Part shown: positions 9,720 to 16,705 of the stretch, piece by piece
Position numbering within the stretch: position 1 is the stretch's first letter
How the letters are laid out: each line of letters starts with the position of its first letter
DNA from: Bdellovibrionota bacterium
GTDB taxonomy: Bacteria > Bdellovibrionota_C > UBA2361 > JBGSMV01
Direction: 5' to 3'
Assembly: GCA_044356455.1 (NCBI GenBank)
Contig: JBIKWF010000057.1
Coordinates: 1-27,115, forward strand
Length of the DNA: 27,115 nucleotides
Position numbers and translations under genes: made by a program
Notes under the pieces: model-generated
What the model saw: only the letters and a program-made list of their open reading frames with translations
The model's database searches: none
What the model was told of the DNA's origin: nothing

Positions 9720-10065
9720 ATAGTTTCGCTTAAAGCTCCCTACCTAAGGGGGATCGATTAGCAAGTCGCCCCCTGAGATTGCTTATAAAGTTGCCGGGGC
9801 TTCTTCCCTTGCCTCTTCTACTGAGTGTCAGAGGGACAGGAATCGTTACAAGCATATTTTGTTTCTTAGGTACGCGCAGTGGGAGATTTGCGGGGGGAGG
9901 GAGGCCAGGGCGCCGTGGACGGGCTTTCCAGAATACCAGCCGGAATACTTTTATACGCTTTCGCCTCACATTTCAGTTACTTAAATGCAGGCTCTCGGTT
10001 GATCTCTCGCCCAGAGAGCGGTTAATCTCTCCCAAGCGTTTAGACGCATAAAGCTTCTTTCTCTC

Positions 10066-10103
10066 GCCCGAGTGATGGAATGGTAGACATACAGGACTTA
10101 AAA
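10066..10103 (+). pseudogene. 5' half of intronless tRNA-Leu(UAA), disrupted at the anticodon loop (attL)
   Basis: GCCCGAG-TGATGGAATGGTAGACAT-A-CAGGA-CTTAAAA, then non-tRNA sequence; the acceptor strand pairs with CTTGGGC at 19717-19723. Confidence 0.9.
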
Positions 10104-10159
10104 GTCATGTGCTCCACTCCTGATTCCGGGTACTTGGAAGTTTAGCGGCGGATGCCGCT

Positions 10160-10209
10160 TGTTGTAGGGTGTTGAGGGTTGTTGACAGGTGTTGTGAAGA
10201 ATTGCGGAA
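10160..10209 (+). repeat. four TGTTG-N5 repeats at 10-bp period (putative integrase arm-type sites)
   Basis: tgttgtaggg tgttgagggt tgttgacagg tgttgtgaag followed by aattgcggaa; counterparts at the right island end. Confidence 0.6.
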
Positions 10210-10252
10210 ATTTTCGGATAGAAAATTTCCGGTGAGCAGAAAAGTTAAATAT

Positions 10253-10684
10253 GCCGGGGTGATGGAATTGGTAGACATACAGGACTTATAGAGAAAATGA
10301 GCCACGGAGCGGTGACGTTCCGATGGGATGCTGGCTAATTCGGTGAAGCCCCTTCCGTCCCCTAAAGGGGCCGAGACGAGGTAACGCCGAGCTAAATCAT
10401 CCGGGTAAAACCGGATGTAAATGTGTAGAGATCATACACCAGCCATCCCCCGAAGCCTTCTTGTCCACCGCATCTTTAGCGGAGGTGGAGGCGGCGGGGG
10501 ATGAAGACATGATCCAGACCACGAACTTTGAATTGAAAGATTCAAAGGCGGTGAAAACCGAAGGTTAGTTCGCAGAATTTGAAATAATTTCTGCGGCTAG
10601 CCCCGACGAAGCCTTGGCGAAGTCGGGATGGTAAGAAAATCCTGGATCCGAAAGGGTGTGCGGGTTCAATTCCCGCCCTCGGCA
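10253..10684 (+). tRNA. tRNA-Leu(UAA) with group I intron; exons 10253-10287 and 10636-10684
   Basis: Spliced product has acceptor GCCGGGG/CCTCGGC-A, anticodon arm CAGGA-CTT^AAAA-TCCTG, long variable arm, T arm GCGGG-TTCAATT-CCCGC; CCA not encoded. Confidence 0.93.
10288..10635 (+). ncRNA. group I self-splicing intron (348 nt) after U34 of tRNA-Leu(UAA)
   Basis: 5' exon ends in U with IGS-like GAGCC; P aattcggtgaag (10337), Q aacgccgagc (10383), R gtgtagagatcatac (10423), S gaagacatgatcc (10503); P3 GCTGG/CCAGC; P7 GATCAT/ATGATC; terminal G at 10635; no internal ORF. Confidence 0.92.
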
Positions 10685-10810
10685 TTTGTCTTGGCTTGGC
10701 GCGCAGAGCCTATATAGCCGGATTGCGTATCGAGGCCCGGACCTGCCCGTCCGGGGACTTTCAAAACGGGGACCTAGTAGAACGTTTTGAGGCGCAATTT
10801 GCTGCATTTA

Positions 10811-10850
10811 GGTTGCAAAACTTAGCAGAAAACGCTAAGTTTTGTGAACC
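10811..10850. promoter_or_regulatory. inverted repeat, probable AbiEi autorepression operator
   Basis: ggtt-gcaaaacttagc-agaaaac-gctaagttttgt-gaacc immediately before the abiEi ATG; AbiEi antitoxins are known to bind promoter inverted repeats. Confidence 0.55.
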
Positions 10851-10852
10851 AA

Positions 10853-11641
10853 ATGTCGAATTCAGAGTCTTTCCTCAATAAACTCCAAGCCCAAGGGCGA
10901 ATCGCCTTCACTACTGTGGAGTATGCCGCTGCCCTTTCCCTTAGCCCTACAGCGGCGATGCACTCTCTTCTTCGCCTAAGACGGAAGCAGGAAATTGCCT
11001 CGCCCGTGAGAGGATTTCACGTGATTCTTCCCCCGGCGGATCGAGCCAACGGCTCTCGCCCTGCGGACGAGTTCGTCGACTATCTCATGAAGTTCCTGAA
11101 GTCTTCCTACTATGTCGCACTTCTCTCAGCGGCAGAAATTCAGGGAGCTGCGCATCATCGCCCACAGATGTTTCAAGTCATAGTGACTAGTCGGCGCAGG
11201 GCGATACGATGTGGCAACGTCCGCATTCAATTTCTCGTCAAAGGGTCTATAGATCGATTACCGACTACGAAGCATAAAGTCAGGACTGGCTATCTGACGG
11301 TTTGTACGCCGGAAGTTACTGCCTTTGATCTCGTTGCCTATCAAACGAAGGCGGCAGGAATAGACAACGTCGCAACGGTGCTCTCGGAATTAGCCGAAAG
11401 AATCTCTGCTCAAAAGCTACTGGAGGCTTCTAAGTTCTTCGAGATTGCAACCGTCCAACGGCTCGGCTTTATCCTTGATAAAGTGGGAGCAACGGAGATT
11501 GCCAATCCACTTGAGGGGGAAGTTCGGAAACGAGCCCCTCGCTCCGTGGTACTTGTACCGGGAAAGAGGTCCGCCCGTAACGTGGTGACTGACAAGCGGT
11601 GGCGCATCATTATTAACGACATCGTTCAGCCTGACCTATGA
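10853..11641 (+). CDS. type IV TA antitoxin, AbiEi family
   Basis: N-terminal wHTH-like region, YYVALLSAA..HG-like (IQGAAHH.PQ), TPEVTA.DL, QRLGFIL, W.II.N; ATGA overlap with the toxin. Confidence 0.88.
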   Translation: MSNSESFLNKLQAQGRIAFTTVEYAAALSLSPTAAMHSLLRLRRKQEIASPVRGFHVILPPADRANGSRPADEFVDYLMKFLKSSYYVALLSAAEIQGAAHHRPQMFQVIVTSRRRAIRCGNVRIQFLVKGSIDRLPTTKHKVRTGYLTVCTPEVTAFDLVAYQTKAAGIDNVATVLSELAERISAQKLLEASKFFEIATVQRLGFILDKVGATEIANPLEGEVRKRAPRSVVLVPGKRSARNVVTDKRWRIIINDIVQPDL

Positions 11642-12501
11642 TTCCAGAATTATTTATTGAGCAGTGGAAGAGTCATGCGCCGTGGAGCGGCGCCCATCAA
11701 GTTGAGCAAGATCTAGTACTTTGTCGGGCATTGGTTGAGATTTACTCACACCCATTACTGGCGCAAAAACTTGCCTTCCGCGGAGGCACAGCGCTGCATA
11801 AAGTGCATCTCAAGAATGCGGCACGCTACTCCGAAGACTTGGATTTTCTTCAGATTGAGCCCGAACCGATCGGGCCAACTTTCGATGCCCTTCGATCGAT
11901 TCTCGATCCCTGGCTTGGGGAGCCGCGTTGGGAATTGAAGGAGGGGTTAGTGAAACTTCTCTATCGGTATCGTGCCGAGTCCGATGGTCGGCCTATGAAA
12001 CTGAAGGTCGAGATAAATTCTCGCGAGCATTTCGCTGCCAAGTCTACCGTGCGCATTCCATTCAGGGTTCAGTCGGAGTGGTATACTGCCGCGACCGAGG
12101 TTACATCTATTTCTCTCGATTGGCTCTTGGGGAGTAAACTTCGTGCACTTTATCAGAGGCGCAAGGGGCGTGATCTATTTGACCTGTGCCTCTCACTTCA
12201 AAGCAAATTAGTAGACGCTGAATCGATCGTAAGATCTTTCCAGCTCCATCTGGATGGCGATGGAGCGCAGATCTCTCGTGCGGAGTTTGAAAAGAATCTG
12301 TATCTAAAGTTAAGAGACTCTGTTTTTCTTCAAGATCTGCCACCATTGCTTGGTGCTGGCGCAGAGAATTTCAACCTTCATTCAGCGCATGAACTGATAG
12401 CGAAGGAGATCCTATCTCGTTTGCCGGGACATCCATGGAATCAGGCAGGGGAAGAGGAGCAACAACGAAAGCGCAAGAAGAAACCCGCGGGGAAGGAATG
12501 A
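11638..12501 (+). CDS. type IV TA toxin, AbiEii/AbiGii nucleotidyltransferase
   Basis: QVEQDL, LAFRGGTALHK, RYSEDLD, KVEIN, KLRALYQRRKGRDLFDL. Confidence 0.92.
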   Translation: MIPELFIEQWKSHAPWSGAHQVEQDLVLCRALVEIYSHPLLAQKLAFRGGTALHKVHLKNAARYSEDLDFLQIEPEPIGPTFDALRSILDPWLGEPRWELKEGLVKLLYRYRAESDGRPMKLKVEINSREHFAAKSTVRIPFRVQSEWYTAATEVTSISLDWLLGSKLRALYQRRKGRDLFDLCLSLQSKLVDAESIVRSFQLHLDGDGAQISRAEFEKNLYLKLRDSVFLQDLPPLLGAGAENFNLHSAHELIAKEILSRLPGHPWNQAGEEEQQRKRKKKPAGKE

Positions 12502-13022
12502 CAGTCTTCTTCACCGCCGATACGCACTTCGGGCATTCTAATGTCATACGCTATGACAAGCGGCCCTTTCGCGATGTCACCGAAATGAACGAAATTCTAA
12601 TCAAGAATTGGAATCGTACCGTCGGAACATCAGACACCGTATATCACCTCGGCGATGTTTCTATTCTACGACCTGAGAAGACGCGCGAGATACTCGATTC
12701 ACTTAACGGCAAGATATTTCTGATTCGTGGAAACCACGACAAGGCAGCCGAGCACAAGCTTTGCGCTTCGCGTTTTGAGTGGATCAAGGATTACTTCTTC
12801 TTGGGTCTTAATGGTGGGATTAAGATTGCTCTGATGCACTACGCCATGCGGGTCTGGGATCGTAAGCATTACGGAAGCTGGCATCTCTATGGGCATTCAC
12901 ACGGCAAGCTGCCACCAGCGGATGGTACGTTCGCGGTTGATGTGGGTGTGGACAGCTGGAATTACACCCCAGTTTCACTCGAACAAATCAAAGATGTTAT
13001 GCCTCGAGTATCTAGGAGTTAA
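12498..13022 (+). CDS. calcineurin-like metallophosphoesterase
   Basis: ADTHFGH, YHLGD, RGNHD, HY, LYGHSH, DVGVD; ATG 12498 overlaps the abiEii TGA. Confidence 0.9.
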   Translation: MTVFFTADTHFGHSNVIRYDKRPFRDVTEMNEILIKNWNRTVGTSDTVYHLGDVSILRPEKTREILDSLNGKIFLIRGNHDKAAEHKLCASRFEWIKDYFFLGLNGGIKIALMHYAMRVWDRKHYGSWHLYGHSHGKLPPADGTFAVDVGVDSWNYTPVSLEQIKDVMPRVSRS

Positions 13023-13024
13023 AG

Positions 13025-14323
13025 TTGAGTTCTGCGAGAAGTGCAATCAAAGATGGTGTAGGAAGCCTCGGCGCGCCCTGGCTAGTGCGCATTCGCTGGG
13101 CAGCCGTATTTGGCCAACTTCTAGTCTTCCTTGGCGCGAATTGGTTAATGGGGATTTCACTTTCCTGGGGTCCCTTTCTGATTGTTTCAGCAGTCGTCGC
13201 TTTCTCTAATATATTTCTATTGCTGCCTCGGGGGAGCACGTGGCTTGAAGCGCGACGTTCGCAAGGAATTGTTCTCGTCGCTGACGTACTTTTGCTTACC
13301 GCCCTGCTTTATTCTTATGGAGGGCACACAAATCCGTTTAGCATGGTGTATCTCGTGCACGTGGTGCTTGCGGCACTATTATTGGGCTCGGCGTGGACGT
13401 GGGGAATCTCAATTTTTTGCTCCCTTTGTTATGCCTTTCTTTTTCGTTGGTATTTGCCTGTCCCGGAATTATCAATGGGGCACATGCATGGAAGCGGTGA
13501 CGAATTTAATCTTCATCTTCAGGGGATGCTTGTTGGCTTCGTTCTTATTTCTTTCCTTGTGAGCGGCTTTTTGCAGAGGATGCGAGCGGAAATTGATTGG
13601 CGAGAGAAGGAATTAGGGCGCAGGCGCTCGAATGAGGAAAAACTTGCTGCCGTCACTACTATTGCAGCATCCGTTGCTCATGAATTGGGCACTCCGCTTG
13701 GTTCGATGATGCTTGTGGTCGATGATATTTTGGCGGAACTTCGCCAGGGCGGAGATGATTCAAATATTGGCAAAGATGTCGGAGTTCTTCGTGCCCAGCT
13801 CGATCGGTGCGCGGAGGCTATGAGGCGTCTTGGGCAGAATTCTGGTGAATTGTTCGGTGAAATGCCGCAAGAATTCTCAATCAAAGATCTGCTTGAATCG
13901 ATACATGGTGGACTAGCGAGTGCCGATGCCAGACGCGTGCATATAAAACCTGACGGCGCCGTCCAGTCGGTGGTGTTGCCGATGGAGGGTGTGCGCCACA
14001 TCATTTCAGCCGTAATTAAAAATGCGCTTGAGGCAAGCATCATTGGCAAGGGCGTCAGCGTTTCAGTCAATGGAACCAGTAAGGCGATTCACCTTACGGT
14101 CGAGGATTGCGGAAAAGGGATGAACGCGGAGGATTTGCAGCGAATCGGGGAGCCTTTCTTTACCACCAAGGACAGCGGTCGGGGAATGGGCCTAGGGCTT
14201 TTTATAACTAAGCTTTTCTCAGAAAGATTAGGTGGTGCATTCAAAATTGAAAGTACCGTCGGCAAGGGTACAAAAGTTGAGATTGAGCTTCCGCGAGTTG
14301 TAGCCTGGGAGCCTGAGTCATGA
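13025..14323 (+). CDS. RegB/PrrB/ActS-like membrane sensor histidine kinase
   Basis: L.RIRWAAV.GQ, GG.TNPF, H-box AASVAHELGTPL, KNALEA, D.GKGM, GEPFFTTK, GMGLGLF; start codon uncertain (TTG). Confidence 0.88.
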   Translation: MSSARSAIKDGVGSLGAPWLVRIRWAAVFGQLLVFLGANWLMGISLSWGPFLIVSAVVAFSNIFLLLPRGSTWLEARRSQGIVLVADVLLLTALLYSYGGHTNPFSMVYLVHVVLAALLLGSAWTWGISIFCSLCYAFLFRWYLPVPELSMGHMHGSGDEFNLHLQGMLVGFVLISFLVSGFLQRMRAEIDWREKELGRRRSNEEKLAAVTTIAASVAHELGTPLGSMMLVVDDILAELRQGGDDSNIGKDVGVLRAQLDRCAEAMRRLGQNSGELFGEMPQEFSIKDLLESIHGGLASADARRVHIKPDGAVQSVVLPMEGVRHIISAVIKNALEASIIGKGVSVSVNGTSKAIHLTVEDCGKGMNAEDLQRIGEPFFTTKDSGRGMGLGLFITKLFSERLGGAFKIESTVGKGTKVEIELPRVVAWEPES

Positions 14324-14838
14324 AGTACCTAGTAGTGGACGATGATACTACGTTTCGAGAACGACTTGTCTTGGCACTTAAGAAGCGCGGCGATGAGGCC
14401 GTTGGTGCTGCTAGTTCCAGAGAGGGACGTGAGGTCGCCAAGGGATTCAATCCAGATCGCGCCATCGTTGATTTGCGAATGCCAGGAGATTCAGGGCTTC
14501 AGTTGATTTCGTGGCTGCGTACCGACCAGCCAGCATTGCCGATCGTCGTGCTCACCGGATTCGGGAGTATCGCTACTACTCAGGATGCAATCCACCGGGG
14601 AGCCATGAGCTATTTGACTAAACCCTGCCCGGTAGAAAGAGTTATCGAAGCTTTCTCACCCTCGAAGTCAACCGATTCTAAGCCACTTCCCGTACCTTCA
14701 CTTGATCAAGTTGAATGGGAGCACGTGCAGCGTGTTCTTGCTGATTGCGGCGGAAACGTCACGCATGCGGCCAAGGCGCTAGGAATGGACCGCCGTTCTT
14801 TGCAGCGTAGGCTCGCCAAAGCTCCAAAGCTGCGCTAG
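14320..14838 (+). CDS. RegA/PrrA/ActR-like response regulator
   Basis: Receiver domain VVDDD/DLRMP/LTGFGSIAT/KP and RegA-type tail VEWEHVQRVL..CGGNV..AA..LGM.RRSLQR.LAK. Confidence 0.92.
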   Translation: MKYLVVDDDTTFRERLVLALKKRGDEAVGAASSREGREVAKGFNPDRAIVDLRMPGDSGLQLISWLRTDQPALPIVVLTGFGSIATTQDAIHRGAMSYLTKPCPVERVIEAFSPSKSTDSKPLPVPSLDQVEWEHVQRVLADCGGNVTHAAKALGMDRRSLQRRLAKAPKLR

Positions 14839-14841
14839 CGG

Positions 14842-14922
14842 TGCGGCACAAATGCCGCATCCATTTTAGTCTTAAATACAGTTATAGAATCTATGCTCGA
14901 CGAAGTGTGACATGCGTCGCAC
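14842..14922. promoter_or_regulatory. two RegA/RegR-box-like palindromes
   Basis: TGCGGCA-caaa-TGCCGCA (14842-14859) and GTGTGAC-atgc-GTCGCAC (14905-14922) resemble the GCGNC...GNCGC RegA/PrrA consensus. Confidence 0.55.
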
Positions 14923-14980
14923 CGAGCAGGTTTTCTCCGGGGTAGTGCTATCAAGTGCTGCGCCCAGAAGGAGTTGGTTC

Positions 14981-15463
14981 ATGGGTATCTGCTGTCTGTT
15001 GGCAGGTCTCGGAGTATTGCTCACGTCTCTCTGCCTTGTTGGCTGGGTTCTACTTACGGACCGACGGTGTGGCCTCTGGTTGCTTGGTGGGACGGTGGTG
15101 TTTGTGGTGCTTCGCCTTACGGTGTGCACGGAATGCCAAAATCCTTACCACAAGGAGATGCTCTATTGCGGTGCGCCACCGGTCACTCAAGAAGTAGCAA
15201 GCCGCGAGTTTCTCTCCGAGGACCAGATCGCTCGGAACCAATTTCTTCAATCTTTCTTTGAGAAAGGGGTTTGGATCTACGGGCTGACGGCTTTGTCACG
15301 GGCGATATTCCTGTTGGGAACGACCAAGCGGGAACTTGTGATCGGCATCTACAAGCAGAGTTGTGGCTGCGCTTGCGCTCTGAAGAATCGTGTCTGGTCA
15401 TCGGGCAAGACGAAGAGTTGCGACTGTGGATCTGTTGGGGGATCTGGTGTTCTGCCTAAGTAA
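14981..15463 (+). CDS. Cys-rich hypothetical membrane protein
   Basis: RBS AAGGAG before ATG 14981; two N-terminal hydrophobic segments; CC, CTEC, CGCAC, CDC motifs. Confidence 0.6.
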   Translation: MGICCLLAGLGVLLTSLCLVGWVLLTDRRCGLWLLGGTVVFVVLRLTVCTECQNPYHKEMLYCGAPPVTQEVASREFLSEDQIARNQFLQSFFEKGVWIYGLTALSRAIFLLGTTKRELVIGIYKQSCGCACALKNRVWSSGKTKSCDCGSVGGSGVLPK

Positions 15464-15534
15464 ATGAGGCGTCGTGTCATTTACAATCCGTGTCCCTTCG
15501 CAAGAAGGGGGTTTTTACGAAAGGAGGGGAGCCT

Positions 15535-15846
15535 ATGTGCCCTCTCTGTTTGGCGGCGTTGGTCGCTCAGGTTGTGTTCTATGTCACGGCGGGCATCTGT
15601 CTCGTCGTGATCACTGATCTGAAGGTCGGGCTTCCGCTTTCTCTCGGAACCTTGTCGATGGCGGCAGGGAATATGTGGGGATGGTGGAGCGTTCCCAACT
15701 GGATGCTGTACGTGCTCGGAGCGATGCTCTTGGTGCGCGGTCTCTGGGTGCTTGCAAAACACGAGCATAATTGGGTTCGTCGTTTGGCACTGAGGATCCG
15801 TGGCTGGCTTAAGCGAAAGCTTCGGCCACTAGTGTACGGTTCATGA
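15535..15846 (+). CDS. small hypothetical membrane protein with N-terminal CPLC
   Basis: Strong RBS AAGGAGG before ATG 15535; about 3 TM segments; basic C-terminus. Confidence 0.65.
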   Translation: MCPLCLAALVAQVVFYVTAGICLVVITDLKVGLPLSLGTLSMAAGNMWGWWSVPNWMLYVLGAMLLVRGLWVLAKHEHNWVRRLALRIRGWLKRKLRPLVYGS

Positions 15847-15926
15847 GGCTAGTGAGGTCGTGCCTACAAACGATCTTAAAAACGTTCCTTTTCGGGGGAA
15901 CGAAGGTTTTGAAAGTGAGGTTTGCA

Positions 15927-16580
15927 ATGTGCATCTATCATGAGGCGGTGCGGCTGCCTGGTGTTTCGGCGCAAGAGGCGCTGGCGCTTGCGGTGCTTCC
16001 TGGGTTCGAGCGGGGACATCCGTTCCTGCGTTGGTTCCGGGAAAATCCTGGAACGAGCGATTCCTGGGCGGTGAAGGCTCTTGATCAGCTCGCGGTCGCC
16101 GCGTGTGATGATGGGCTTGTGTCTCGACTGATCGCATTTCCGGAGGATCAGGGCAAAGGTCCTGAGGCGCTGGAACTGCTGCGGCAGACTCTGGGAGGAA
16201 AGGGTGCCCTTCGGCCCTGGACCGGTGAGAAGAGTGCACTGAAGACCATCTACCACGAGGCCCTGCTCCTGCCGGAGCTTGGTAATGAGGTGGTGGTCGC
16301 TCTCGGTGCTCTGCCTGGTTACGAGGTGCGAAAGACCTGTCTCGGCTGGTACGGCGAGAATCCTGGTTCAAGCGCTGAGTGGCAGGTGGCGCTCTTTGAT
16401 AGGTTGGCTCAAGCGACCTGCAAGCCCGGCGGCCTCTCTGATCAGCTGCGTGTGCTCGACCCTAACCCGGTCAATGCTCGCGCCGCTTTGGATTCGGTCT
16501 CTCAGGCTCTCGGACTCGCTGCGGCTACGTGTGGTACTTCTCCCGGAAAACCGAAGAAGCCCGGTTGCTGCTGTGGCTGA
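15927..16580 (+). CDS. hypothetical protein with internal tandem domain duplication and CCCG tail
   Basis: RBS GAGGT before ATG 15927 (alternative start 15843); two repeats IYHEA..LP..LPG.E..W..ENPG.S..W.V..D.LA.A.C. Confidence 0.75.
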   Translation: MCIYHEAVRLPGVSAQEALALAVLPGFERGHPFLRWFRENPGTSDSWAVKALDQLAVAACDDGLVSRLIAFPEDQGKGPEALELLRQTLGGKGALRPWTGEKSALKTIYHEALLLPELGNEVVVALGALPGYEVRKTCLGWYGENPGSSAEWQVALFDRLAQATCKPGGLSDQLRVLDPNPVNARAALDSVSQALGLAAATCGTSPGKPKKPGCCCG

Positions 16581-16705
16581 TCGCGGAGTTTTAGTTTCGT
16601 CGGAAGCGTTCGAAACATACCTGCGGGGATGCTTAATGCACAGGTTTCATTACTCAAGGTTCCATTTTCCCCGAAAGGAACCAACTTTTTTAGTTGGCTC
16701 CAAGA

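Noticed and set aside
9730..10051. Short ORFs or a bufferin-like precursor upstream of DoxX
   Set aside because: No signal peptide, Cys pattern or DUF692 gene; other frames checked are interrupted by stops.
10182..10215. TTGACA as -35 of the island tRNA promoter
   Set aside because: No credible -10 at 16-18 bp; the hexamer is part of the TGTTG array.
10288..10635. Homing endonuclease in the intron
   Set aside because: The intron is 348 nt and filled by structured elements, with no suitable ORF.
10066..10684. 5' half at 10066 as a simple duplication of, or splice partner for, the intron tRNA
   Set aside because: Its acceptor strand mismatches exon 2 (C-C, A-C) but pairs fully with the half at 19673-19724.
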